Positions 1-12,609 of a stretch of DNA of 64,000 nt are shown one piece after another. Source of the DNA: Utricularia gibba (taxonomy: Eukaryota > Plantae > Magnoliophyta); NCBI GenBank assembly GCA_002189035.1, contig NEEC01000010.1:1302001-1366000 (forward strand). The letters run 5' to 3'. The translations under genes and the position numbers were made by a program. The notes below the pieces were generated by a model, which was not told the origin of the DNA, made no database searches, and saw nothing but the letters and a program-made list of their open reading frames with translations. The stretch's first letter is position 1, and every line of letters starts with the position of its first letter.

Positions 1-1655
1 TATTGAAGAAATAATATACAAATGACCATTTTTATAAATGACCCGTATAGAATTATCAATCATTTTTTATTCGAATTTTGGAAAATTCGATTTTCTGGTC
101 ATGTTTTAATGTTAATAATTTTTTTTTAACAGTAATTTTTTAAAATAAAAAAAACCCAAAAACTTACTGGAAGTTTTAGGATGTGGAATTAGATGAAGTG
201 TTAAATACATCACTTAATGAACCAAAGATATAGAGTATGATAATTTGATTCAAGATACTTAAGATACATGAATATGGTAATGGGTTCTACACTAGTGATG
301 ACTTGGTAACATGTAGCCACACATTATTTTTATTTTATTAGAGTAAATTAGTATTATTTTAACTTAAAAAAATAATTAAAACCAATCCCAAACATCAATA
401 TATTTGATATTCACAAATCTATGGACACGAATATGTATATTAATTTAAATGATTAATTAAATTTTAAAATAAAAAATAGTTCATAAACAATTAGACAGTA
501 TTTAGCAATTATGTTTAAAATCTTTGAACTTTATACCCACATATTACTTTCATATATAAATATATGTATACCTAAGAGGTGGGGATATGAATATTTTTAT
601 ACCAATATATTTGGATTTGTCTATATTCAAATAATTTAAACTCATGAAAATCTAAATTCACTAACCAAAGAAAGCCAAAGGTGTATTTGAATTATTATTA
701 TTATTATTATCAAGTATTTATAAAAATAATTAAACTGCCTCCTCAAATTATTTTTGTTTCGCCTCTGAAATATGGGCTTTTTCCCTCCTTATATATAGCC
801 CATATACCAGAAAGCCCAAACACGGTAACTCTATCCAGGCCCATTATTACATTGTACACGACACAAGGGCTTTCTGCCCCGTGGCCCAACCCAACTCTGG
901 GCCCACGAGCGATGATTTCTTTTCTCTTTCAACTATGTTTCCTTGTTGGACAGTGCTACGTGTTTGAAGATGGATCATATTTCTTCTTAGAATTTACTAT
1001 TTTATTAACTTAATATTTTTATGTTTTAAGTTAATTCTTGTTTTACATACTAATATATTTTAATTTAATAAATCCTTACATCTAAACATCGGATGAATTA
1101 GAAATTTAGCCGTGTCAGAATTGTGTGAGAAAAATAATTAATTATAATATAAATATTTTAACTTAGTGTGTGTAAGAGAATACATGGATGATCACTTTTC
1201 TAAATGACTCCAAATCCGTGTACAATTGTACATCAGAGCTCAATTGAGGGAAAAAATAAATATGAATAACAATAATTTAAAATTTTAATTATAAAGTATT
1301 ATAAAAAAAAAAGGGTATTAGAAGTTAGGTTCTTGTTCAAAGTCATCATAGTTTGACTGAACACTGTGACCACACAATATGGAATCTTTATGAAGGAATC
1401 CATTGATACATGATTTATTCATAATTCAAAATGAAAGTTACATCTTTATCTACTTCCCATTTGCATTTTTTCGTAATACAGCATGAAAAAATGAAATTTG
1501 AGATGTTCAATGAAAAAATTCGGATTTCGGATTTGAACTTATTATAGAGGAAATCCGAAACTTCGCCGAAATTGAAAACATTGATTTAATTTAACAACTT
1601 ATGTTTCAAAGAAAGCGCTTGGATTTCAAAGGGACTGCCTGGTTCGGTTCATAAA

Positions 1656-2203
1656 TCACTTGCTGCTCCAAAGCTCCGCCCTCTTCACCTTGGTCAGGCT
1701 CTCGACGACGCCGGACGGCGACACGTGTCCCCACACGATTACCCTCTTGCACTCCAGATCGATGCTGAAGGAGGTCACCCCTTCAAACACACTCACATTT
1801 TTAGGGTTTCAAATTGAATGCCACTGTGTTGCTGCGCATAATATAGATAGCATTTGCACCTTCCATTTTCGAGAGGTGCTTCTTCACTTTCCCTGCGCAG
1901 CCTTGGCAATGAATCGAGACCTTCATCACGACCATCTGCAGAGGCAACCCAAGGAACCATAACTTTTGAAACAAACTCAGCATATAAAGAAATGCATACC
2001 GCGACCTGGAATCTAAGAGGGCCAGCTCTCGCCATTGAAGTGGCTTCTCCCAACGCCTTCAATCCCTCGTTTTTCTTGGTTGCCGCGCGAACCACGCTCC
2101 TCCGACCGACCGGCCACCGGTCGCCCACCCGGACGTACTTCCGGCGGCTGACATGGCCAATGCAGACCGCCGTGGAGGCTGAAGTGTGGCACGCAAACCC
2201 CAT
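1656..2203 (-). CDS. Heavy-metal-associated (HMA) domain protein, NaKR/copper-chaperone-like; 3 exons (2006-2203, 1860-1935, 1656-1780). True start may be 2247 (see findings).
   Basis: Spliced translation with GT-AG introns 1936-2005 and 1781-1859 gives MGFACHTSASTAVC...RFQ|MVVMKVSIHCQGCAGKVKKHLSKMEG|VTSFSIDLECKRVIVWGHVSPSGVVESLTKVKRAELWSSK*. It has a CxxC metal motif in a C-terminal HMA domain and no CaaX tail. Confidence 0.9.
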
Positions 2204-2591
2204 AGGTGATAGGCCTCTCCCCTCTTGGCCTTGGCCATTCCATTCATGTGTGTGTGTGTATATATGAGAGAGTACAGAGGTAGTTAAAAGCGGTTGGGCG
2301 ATCCGCCCCCCGTTTTGAATAGTTGGTTCGGGGTGTCTGTCTACTTTCTAGTCAAAAAGTTTTCATTTCCTGCCGCGACAAATTCTGCAATAAGCATCGG
2401 GGGGGTTACTGCCAACATGCCCCAACTAATACCACGCATGATTGGTACGGACGAAACCCAAATCATCAAATATGTCAACTGTTTCAGGTCCGCATTTAAA
2501 CCTTTCATCCCTAACAAATTTATTACACGACTCGGGCGCCATGAATTTGTTTACTCTCCTGACTTCTGCTTATCCACAACAGTGTCTATGC

Positions 2592-2925
2592 AATGTTTCG
2601 GATTTCGGATATTTTTTGAAGTTATCCATTTTCAAGATTTAAGTAATGTTCTGGAAAATTTTTAAAACTTATTTCTACTTTTCAAAAGTAAAAATAATTT
2701 TTTTTAGAACAATTTTAATTGTAAAAGTAATTTTATCAAAAATATTTTTAAAATTATAATTACAAAAATTATTTTTGAAAAAGTAATGAATTGTTTACTT
2801 TTACTTTTCAAAATTATTTTTGAAAATTAAAAACAGGTTTCAAAAATTTTTCAGAATACTACTATAATCATTTTATCTGAAATTTTATTTTTTGGATCGA
2901 ATTTGAAATCCGAAATTCGAACATT
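2592..2925. mobile_element. AT-rich foldback/MITE-like element with nested inverted repeats
   Basis: Inner IR of about 48 bp: 2642 agtaatgttctggaaaatttttaaaac... versus the reverse complement of ...caaaaatttttcagaatactact 2863. Outer IR: aatgtttcggatttcggat (2592) versus atccgaaattcgaacatt (2908-2925). No clean TSD. Confidence 0.55.
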
Positions 2926-4232
2926 TATCATATGAAAGCATTAGCAAACTCTCTTGTTTGTTTTGGTGATTTCAATAATGAAAAAAAAAAGAATTTGACT
3001 AAGAGTAAGTTGATAAATAATTTTATATCATTTTAAAAAATGTTTTTTTATCACTTTTTAGTATCATTTTTAAATACTTTATAATTCAATTTTTTTACAT
3101 TAATTTGATCTAGTGAAGAGAAATTGTATTTTATATATCATAAGTTCACATAATGATTTGAATAAACTCATCTTTATCAATCATTTATAGATATATTTTG
3201 ACCATTTTTCTCTTTATTTTTATATTTTCATGGCATATACGTTCGAGCATTTACTAGATACAGATATGCGATGAAATCGTACATGCACAAGTCATTGCAT
3301 GTAAAAATGTTTTAATATATTTTTTAACATTTAATTTGATATTTTGATCTTGTTTCCCATAAGTATTCCTTCTTAACGTACTCTTAATACTGTTCAACTC
3401 GAAAAGTATGTAAGAATATTTAAGATTGACTTCAAACACTTAAAGAAAATAATTTAATCGAATATCATTGTACAATTGACCTAACATACTTATAAGAGTT
3501 ATCATTAGAGTTGAATAAAATTTAGTATATAAGTTTTATTCGATTTTATTTTTACTTGTCGATTCACTCAAATCCAATGTAAATCTAATCAATGGGGGAG
3601 GTCGATTTATGTAAACTCATGTCTATATTTCCGAATTTATCCTTTCAATAATAATGTTTTATTATTAAAGGTAGTTCAACATTGAAAAAATTCCTTCAAT
3701 CAAAAATCCAAATAATGCAAGGTTATAACAGTAAATTTGTACATACAACGACCTAAATGTTTCGTTTCATACCTTCAAACCAAATACGGAATAAAAATGA
3801 ATTCAAATAATATATACATCTTAAGGTGTAGTCTCCATTACTTGTTTTGTAACTAATTACATTTATATTTGGTGTGGTTATTTTTTTTTCATTAAAATTC
3901 ATTTTTTTATCCTTACAAATTTGGAATATGAAACTCGTTCAATGATAACTATTCCTTGTAATTGTTTCTATTCATCCATATTTTTTTTTATAAATTTAGA
4001 GAGAATAAAAGTAAGCATTTTTAAATATTTTCTGATAATAAATAATATAATCACGTTCCAATTTACAGGTACCATAAATTGGGAGAGATTTAAAAGCCGA
4101 ACCTGGTTCAGTTGTGAGGGATGCCGGGCAACCACCGACTTCATCGTAGAAAATCGTTTGGTGATCGATCTCCTTTTGCAGTTGCAAGGTTTAACGCCAT
4201 GAAATGGTGACGGCGATGACACGTGGAGTCGG

Positions 4233-5879
4233 ATGATGCGCTGCGCCGTGGAATTGGTTGGGCGAGCGCTGCTCGCCGCCACGGACTCCGCGCTGCATCA
4301 TCGGGCATGGAACCCGTCGCTGGAACAGACTCTTCACAAACTTAAGCTCCGAGATTTTTTGACTCCGCCGCTCGTCGCGCGAGTCATCGACTCCTATCTC
4401 CTCAACTATCACTCCCTCGCCTATGGATTCTTCACCTGGGCGTCGCAGCAACCTGGTTTTTCACACACTTCCGACACTTGCGAATCCCTCTTTAAATCGC
4501 TCTCCGCTTCACGGCAATTCCATTTAGTGGATAAGGTGTTCAAGCAGGTACGCCTTGAGAGGATTGTTCTGCAACCATCGGTTTATCGTTTTATTCTTGG
4601 TTCCCTCGTTGCTGGGAGGAGAACTCAGATGGCGTTCTCTGTGTTTTGTGATTTGGGGCCGGTGATTGGCCTTATTGGGTTTCAGGTTTGCAATTCTCTT
4701 CTCGCCGTGTTGGCTTCTGAAGGTTCGATCGTCAATGCTCGCAAGGTGCTTGATGAAATGGTTAATAGAGGTGTCAGGCTGACTACTCTTGGTTTGGGGG
4801 TCTTTGTGTGGGAGGCAAGCAGGAGCATGACTTTGACTGAAATATTTGATGTCCTGGATGCTGTAAGAAGGTCAAATTTTTCAGGAATTGATGGATCAAT
4901 CATTGCACTTCTGATGATCCATGGGCTGTGCTCAGAATCCAGAGTTAAGGATGCTGTTTATGCTTTAGGAGAGTTGAGGAAAAAAGAGTGTAAGCCTGAC
5001 TTCATGGCCTACAGAATTGTGGCTGAGAAATTGCGTGAGATGGGTTTTGTTGTTGATGTAGAAATGATTCTGAAGATGAAACGGAAGTTAGGTGTGGCAC
5101 CAAGGGCCAATGATTATAAACAGTTTATCCTGGAGTTAGTCTCCCTGAAGTTAACGCACCAAGCTAAGGAACTTGGCCAGGTGATCATCAGTGGAAACTT
5201 CACAATCGAAGACGATGTTCTCAATGTCCTGATTGGATCAGTATCTGGGGTTGATACTTGCGTTGCTGTGTCCTTCTTGATGTTTATGATTGACAAGGAT
5301 AGATTCCCAACTCTACTGACTTTGATCAACTTGAGTGAAAACCTTTGTAAACTTGGAAAGGCAGATGACTTGGTACATGTTTTCCAAATTCTGTCAGCTA
5401 AAGATTACTTCAAGAACCTGGATAGCTACAACGTAATGATCCGTTTTCTTTGCAAAGCTGGAAGAGTAAAAGAGGGTTACAAGGTCCTTGAGGAGATTAA
5501 GAAAAAAGGCCTTGTCCCGGATGTTGCATGCTACAATTCTCTTCTAGATGGTTGCTGTCAGCAAGATCTGTTACGCCCTGCGAAACGCCTCTGGGACGAG
5601 ATGTTTGCGAGCGGTTGCAGGGGAAATATGGAGAGCTACCGCATTCTTATAAGGAAATTTTCCGAAGTGGGTGACATGGAAGATGCATGTCATCTCCTCA
5701 AGCACATGACTGACAGAGGCATGGAACCTGATGAAATGATATACAAATCCCTTCTTCAAGGCGCTTCCCAAGCCAAGAATACTGAATTGGCTGCTCAAAT
5801 TAACAAATCTATCCAACACGACCCAGAGCTTGCAAAAAGCCTCAGCCGGTTTTCGCCTCTGCATCTGCAGCCAGAATGA
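4233..5879 (+). CDS. P-class pentatricopeptide repeat protein, At5g14080-like, single exon, 548 aa
   Basis: N-terminus WNPSLEQTLHKLKLRDFLTPPLVARVIDSYLLNYHSLAYGFFTWASQQPGFSH and later KRKLGVAPRANDY match my recollection of At5g14080. Clear PPR repeats, e.g. SYNVMIRFLCKAGRVKEGYKVLEEIKKKGLVPD. Confidence 0.93.
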   Translation: MMRCAVELVGRALLAATDSALHHRAWNPSLEQTLHKLKLRDFLTPPLVARVIDSYLLNYHSLAYGFFTWASQQPGFSHTSDTCESLFKSLSASRQFHLVDKVFKQVRLERIVLQPSVYRFILGSLVAGRRTQMAFSVFCDLGPVIGLIGFQVCNSLLAVLASEGSIVNARKVLDEMVNRGVRLTTLGLGVFVWEASRSMTLTEIFDVLDAVRRSNFSGIDGSIIALLMIHGLCSESRVKDAVYALGELRKKECKPDFMAYRIVAEKLREMGFVVDVEMILKMKRKLGVAPRANDYKQFILELVSLKLTHQAKELGQVIISGNFTIEDDVLNVLIGSVSGVDTCVAVSFLMFMIDKDRFPTLLTLINLSENLCKLGKADDLVHVFQILSAKDYFKNLDSYNVMIRFLCKAGRVKEGYKVLEEIKKKGLVPDVACYNSLLDGCCQQDLLRPAKRLWDEMFASGCRGNMESYRILIRKFSEVGDMEDACHLLKHMTDRGMEPDEMIYKSLLQGASQAKNTELAAQINKSIQHDPELAKSLSRFSPLHLQPE

Positions 5880-6272
5880 AGTGTCAACTCCCCTACTCCA
5901 CAGTTGGTGGAGCCACTCCGGTCAGCAACTAATCCCACCTTTGAAAAAAAATTCAATTTTTCTGGCATAATATTAGTGTGACGACTGGGCTGGTTTTAAC
6001 TTAAATAAGTGCTGCATTGATACCATGTATCAGAAGACATTAGAATTCATGGGAAAATGTGATGTTCTACGAATGACACAAGAAAACAATAAATTCAATG
6101 TGCCGGCACCCTACTACAAAGACTAACACTACCCGCTTCCTTCAGCAGGTTTTTCCGGTGCCATACAGGCCATGAATCTACATTGTATTCAGCCACGAGA
6201 TTCCCCAACACCATTCACTCCGCTGGCTCAGGAGTATAAATTTGACCAGTAAAGGTAAGATTTCTGGACTTC

Positions 6273-9200
6273 CTATCCGATTATCCCAAGTTCTACTTTC
6301 TTGCGTATTGCCTTCTGACCATGGTATAAGACTGCATCAACTATTCCAGCCACTGTGAATATGCCTGAAGAATATGAAACGGGAGGTTAGACGATGGATG
6401 CAGTACACCTCGGAGTTGAGGAAAATGCAAATTCACCTCCAACTATGGCGCAGATGTGCGTAAGGAAGTGGAAGAATGGTGTATGCTGCTCCCTGAAGTT
6501 GACCTGTCATGCAACAACCAAAATGCGGTTAAATGACACCATCCGAACTAGGTGCTATCTTCTGCATAATATATTCACCATATTTGTGCATGTCACTTAA
6601 CAGAACACACGTTTCATACGAGGTTTATTTGTATCCAAATCTGATAACTGCCTCAAGATCATATGCACAACCAAAAGGTTCTCAAGTTCAGTTGTGTGAA
6701 AAAACAGTGATTAGTTTGCAATGACGAATACCTGAATGGGGGAGAAATCATAGTAGAAGTAAACGCCAGCGGAGGATCTGAAATGATCCTCTTCGGGACT
6801 CTTGTAGTGCTTAGTCACTGAGAACTGCAAAAATACGTAAATGAGGCAATGAACTTAACTGGCACCTTTTTCCAGTGTTAAAATACCTGATTTGATTTAA
6901 CAGTGTGCCCTCGAATGCTAGTATATGTGGTTGGAACTACCTAGAAACATCAAATAGAAAATCCGCTAAGAATGCTTGTTTCAACCGTTGCCATGTTCCA
7001 AGACATCAAGAGCATTTTCTTAGAAAAGCAGATTAACTGGCATTACATCGAACAATGTGATCCGTGTTCAAAAAACTGAAATACGTGGGTTTTTACCAGT
7101 GGAAAACTGTTTTCGAGAACCATGTATCACACCAGATTCTATAGATCATGGACGATAAAAAGGCTGACCTTGATAAAATATTGGTAGATGCCATTAGGCT
7201 GTTCTTGCATCCATTGCACCCTGAATATGAACAGGCCACAAAAAAGAGGTATTGTTAAAATAACCAACACAACATCAAATTTTGGGGATCATACCATTCC
7301 GCACAAGTGCCAAAATATTGAGGCACCATTAAGAATCATAAAAGATGCAAAAATACCACCATTAAGCTACTAGGTATGCTGCATAAAATAGACTTCAAGA
7401 TGCAACGATTGCCCTAGTTCGCGCATTTGGAGAAGACATAAACTTACCCATCTAGTGGGTTCACAACACCAGGGATATAATCTCCAAAGGATAACTTATG
7501 GATCTTGTGGCTTATCTGGAAGTGCATGACAAAAAAAAAAAGATCAATACCCTGCTGAGCATAGAGATAAAAGGTTATTCATTCTACACAAATCGAAAGC
7601 AATAGAACGAAAAGTGAAAACAGGGAGCTTGCATAGAAAATTCTAATTCGAGCATTGGCACTTACATTGTAACTTTGAATGTGATTCATTAATAACTCAA
7701 AAAGAAAGGTGCCTGGATTCTGCAAGCTTCTACCAGTGGCTAAATGAAAATTGCCAGCCACTTTGCTGACCTCCAAAGATCCATGAATGTTGCATCCTTC
7801 ACCTTTTTCTTCCTTGACCTTTTGAACAAAGCCTTCCCTCTTGCACTATAGGAGGGAAGTCACATTTAGTAAATTATAAGAATTAAAAAAACAGCAACCC
7901 TAGTCAAAATTAATATCAAAATTAAGCATAGTCTGTAAAAGAGAAAGGCATCATTTTGGCTCAATATCAGAGCTATCCTCCACCAAACTGAATGGCGTGG
8001 TTTCTCAATTGGCTGCAGAACCCACTCATACCTATTTCTCTTGATAGGACTTAAAACATAAAGCTACGGACTATATTTTATATGTCTTCACCGGGTTAAC
8101 CATCTATGTCTATTAAATGGGTATACTAAGAGGAAATAACCCATTAAATGGAGCAAATTTCTGGGTTTTGTACAATCCTAAATTGACAAAAAAACTTCAT
8201 GGTGTAGTGTTAGGTTGGGCACTTCACCTTCCTTGTTAAAAACAAGGAAAAAGCGTGCATATAAGACATTCAGGGATGCACCTGATCAATTAAATCATCT
8301 GGAAAACTCCAGCCCTTGTTTCGATATGCTTCACGCACTTCATCACATGAATTACAGCATTGATCGTCACTCTGAAGGAGAAAAGAAAAAAGATGGCTGG
8401 TGGAAGACGAAAATTTCAAGATGAACCATTCAGGCAACTGACGATGCAAGACAAAAACAAAACGTCCAGGAGACACTAAAAATCATAGTGATTCAACTTT
8501 GTAAAACGGAAACATAACAAAGAAACCATACTGTTTCTGCACCAAAGCATGAACCACAGTACTTCTCATTGTGCTGAAGCAACCCACCATGCCTCTGTAA
8601 CGGTTTCCCAATCTGAAGCGAAATTTCAAAACAGGCCTTTGAGCGAAGAGTGCAACACCATGCAGTATATCAGGATAAATATAAAATCTTCTGCATGCTA
8701 ATAGTGTTCTGACTCTTCTCACAAGAATATAATCATTAGTATCACTGCTGATTTTCTTGAACTCGATATGATCAAGTTCACATAACATACAGAATGACAA
8801 ATCTTTCCACTGAATTTTAAGGCAACTTAACCCCATGAAAAAACCACGCCGAAAAAATAATTGGTAATGCCCACACACCTCAGGTGCGCCAATACCATCT
8901 CGCCTTACTTCCTTAACATTTCCATGAGCATCGATTCTCTCCTTTATTATATCATGTCTCTGCAAGTCAGAACAGGATTTATAAGACAATTGAGATCCGA
9001 TACACGAGAAATTGGTTTCAAGCGATCAGGGAGAATGCCCAATTTTATTAAAAAACGGCAGTGAGTTGACGTAGGAGAATAATTCATAGAAACCAACAAA
9101 AGTATAACATAATGCATAACGTACTATGTCAAGATGTCGCTCACCGCTGATGTCCATAGCATCAAGACTAAGTAGCGTACATGGGACATCAGGAAAGCTG

Positions 9201-9630
9201 ACATTAAACTGCAAGAAAGTGTAGCGCATCACAGCCCCTTAGCATTCATCTAAGTGCACTTCAATGGATAACCAATCAATATTCAATACTCAAGACAAAA
9301 GCAACAAAATTTCGAGTGCACGAAGACCAAGGTACTACATTGATTCGCAATTTGCCTCCTCGAGATGTATCGACTACCAGCATCGTCTCCGTAACGGTGT
9401 GGAGAAATAACTCTGAAACATAAGAAGAAAGCAAACAGTAAAATCCACGAATTCATCCAAATCTTATAAACAAGGCAAAAAAACATACTCAGCTCCGAGG
9501 TGACCAGAAACAGAATGACGATGGATGTCACGAGCGTGATAACGCCTCCGGAGAATGTTCGGCGGTAGAAATCCTCATTGACCTTTGGGTAGGCATCCAG
9601 ATTCCGCAGCTTGCCAAAAGCTTTGTCCAT
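6273..9630 (-). CDS. ERGIC3: ER-Golgi intermediate compartment protein 3 (Erv41/Erv46 family), about 13 exons
   Basis: Exons read with GT-AG borders: MDKAFGKLRNLDAYPKVNEDFYRRTFSGG; RLFLHTVTETMLVVDTSRGGKLRIN; FNVSFPDVPCTLLSLDAMDISGERHLDI; QRHGG...YCGSCFGAE; CCNSCDEVREAYRNKGW; GCNIHGSLEVSKVAGNFH; GIYQYFIK; AGVYFYYDFSPIQ; last exon GIFTVAGIVDAVLYHGQKAIRKKVELGIIG* with stop at 6273-6275. Confidence 0.95.
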
Positions 9631-10507
9631 TAATTATAAATATTGAGAGAAATCAGCGTCAGAATGCAGCTATTTAGAGTTCGCCGGTCACCGGAAAAGA
9701 CGCATAACCAGCGGGTTTGACTTGGACAGAATTTTGATTGCTGCTTCTTTCTTTCTTCCTCGAATCCCTCTGTCTTCAATTTGATGAGGAGCATCACGTC
9801 CGGGTCACCTAGGATCCGAAGTACATAAAAAACCCGCCCCGAGTTACATCACTCCATACTTGTAATTAGAGGTGAGTATCTCAAAATATCGACTTTGAAA
9901 TTCGTATAAAATTCATTATCATTTTTTATTCGATATTGTTCTCAAAATATTGAAATAAATTATAATTTTACAATCTAAAATGAAATAAAAACAAAAAAAT
10001 ATCAAAATCATTACTTCAATCTAAATGTTGCATTGTTGATAAAAAAAAAAAACAAATGTTGTAGTACACATAAATTCATGGTGTGTAATCATGATATGGA
10101 TTAAAATATATTGATTAATACATAATATTTTTGATAATGTGACTATAATCCACATGATTAAGATTTTTAGATTGATTATTGAAGTAAACAACTAGAAGAA
10201 CAAGATGCAAAAGACATTGAATAATGAAGACTTAAATTAGCATTCGACATCATACATCTCCGACCTAAATGTTAAAATATAAGGAAATTATTCAATGAAA
10301 ATTGCTATAAAAGTTGGTAAAAAAGTAAATCCAAAATATCAAATTTTGGTACGATGGTAAAATGCATAATTCGACTGTTTTTATGCACTTGTATATTTAC
10401 CATCATAAATCATCCAATTTCCTAAATATGTATGTTATTTTTTGTTTGGACATGAAACCATGATTTATTTCAAGTAAAGGTGTTTAGTGCTTTGGAGATG
10501 GGAGTTT

Positions 10508-11537
10508 CTAGAGAGAATTGGCGGTGGGCCAATCGGCCCAGTTAGCCTCGCTGCCGACCCGGGGAATGCTGTTCATCCTTGCGTACATATCCACCTTGAA
10601 ATCCGCTCCCCGCATGAGGCCCTCGCTGTCCACCCTCGGCATCGCCCTCATCTTGTTCATCGGGTGCTCGAAGCTCATCAGCCCTCCCTCGCTGTGGAAC
10701 ACGCACCCTGCACACCACACCCAGATACAGTGCTCAAACCAGTTCAATACAATTACCCTCTCTCTGTTAACGGAGTTGGATCAAGGTACCTGGCGGGAAT
10801 GGGGCGTATGAGCTCCCGCAAGCCCCCTTGACGACTTGTTTGTCGTCGGAGATGACGACGGAGCCATCCTCTCCGACACCCCAGTACAGCTCCAGCGCAC
10901 CATCCGATCCCTGAGGAATGCATACAAGATATGGATGTAAAAGTGTCGCGCAGGCTGAATGCGCTATTTTGGGAGACTTACGAGTGCGAGGAAGATGGAT
11001 GGGGATTTGGCGTCGTAGAGGACGAAGGCGAAGGTGCCGTCGAAGTCCCGGATGACCTGGTCGACGGGGTACGGCCCGCGGTCCCTGAGCGTCCGGTAGG
11101 CTTCGATCACCACCATCGCCTCGTTCGCGTTCTTCGCCAGGCCGTACTGCTTCATCTGGCCGCAAAGGTTGTTCAAACTCCCAATGAAAATACAATACAT
11201 ATCATCGTACCCACAGAATAACCTTAACAAAAGTAAAGAGACGACACTTATTTATTCATACAATTTCAAGGAACAGAAACTGTAAGAAACCAAGCTCTGA
11301 ATCTCGTTTCTTTGTGTACCTCGGCGTGAAAGAGTGGGGAGGAGTCGCCGTTGAGTAGGCAAGGAAAGCCGTGTTGGCAGGCTTCACGGCGAAGGAGCTT
11401 CTGGGGTTCGAAGTTAAGAACTTTCGGAGGGTTTCTTCTGGAAGCAGCTTGGGTTTCTTACCGCCATCATCGGCTGCCGGGCTTCTCAGTTCCGCAGGCG
11501 GATGCGCCACGGCTTCTTCAAATATCGCCAGCATCAT
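10508..11537 (-). CDS. Stem-specific protein TSJT1-like / DUF3700 (Wali7, Ntn-hydrolase-like; YGL and LRDR motifs), 4 exons
   Basis: MMLAIFEEAVAHPPAELRSP...|RLFCGYDDMYCIFIGSLNNL..QYGLAK..VIEAYRTLRDRGPYP..|GSDGALELYWG..SYAPFPPG|CVFHSEGGLMSFEHP..PRVDSEG..IPRVGSEANW. Resembles At4g27450 from memory. Confidence 0.93.
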
Positions 11538-12501
11538 CTTCTCCTTTCTTCTTCTTCTTTCTTAATACACAAACCAAAATCCGACAGATGATCTGTGAGA
11601 AGGCAAGCCCTCGGGTGATATATACACAGACAAAGAGAAATTGTTGGGAGACGAAAAAAGAGGATAGAACTTGGTTTCCGGATAAGCTTTTGCATATGTA
11701 TGTATTCCCAGGATGGATACACGTCACCTTTGAGCGACGCCAAATTCTATTTTGGGCAAACAACGAGCAAAGAAAGCAAGAAATACGATGAAATTCATTA
11801 TTACAGCCCACAGTGTCGAGTAGCCGCCGGAAAGTCGCCATTTTTTTTAATTAATTACGTGGAAAAAGAATAGTGATGCTGGCTGTAGATAATGTTTATC
11901 CGAAGTGTATTTTTATTAACTTTGGATGCGTTTCGGATTCCAACGACGACCACTTTCTTTTTTCTAATTTTTTTTAACCATCTCCAATTTTCATTTGTCT
12001 CCAGTATAGTGGAATGGTAATTTAATTAATAACATATTTAAATTATTTATTTTATATGATTATAATTAAAAATATAGTTTAATATAAATATTTTCGAATA
12101 TATATATTTAAAATATTATTACAATATTATCATGTTTTGTGACAAATGGAAATAAATTCATCACGGGGATCATTTAGAAAAATGACTATCAATTTAGAAA
12201 AATCTTTAAACAAAATTAAAAAAGATCACTTTAGCTTAATGGTAACCAATGTGAGATTCATATTATAACGAAGAATACATCATATACCATTATGTTGTTA
12301 TATACGATATTTTGGAAAACACATTTGAAAAATGTTTCACCTCCTTATCTTAAAGGTAGATTATTATATATAAATATATTAAACCCTTTTAATTAAATTG
12401 AATAAGATATGATTTTCTTAAAAAAAATAGTATTTTTTGCAAAAATTTCACCCTTAACAATTGGGGTCCGGCCTACGACTGCTATAGGCAATCGATTACT
12501 C

Positions 12502-12609
12502 CACGTGGCCAAACTTCGTAGACCGCCCAAAGACATGGGCTCTTTGCTTCTTCTGGCCCAAATCAGCATATTTTATCTTCGCATGTGGCATGCGCAAACA
12601 TAAGGCCCA
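12502..12609 (+). promoter_or_regulatory. G-box plus three site II (TGGGCY) motifs in the CLP1 proximal promoter
   Basis: CACGTG 12502-12507; TGGGCT 12536; GGCCCA 12555 and 12604. They sit just upstream of a CT-rich leader. Motif match only. Confidence 0.5.
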
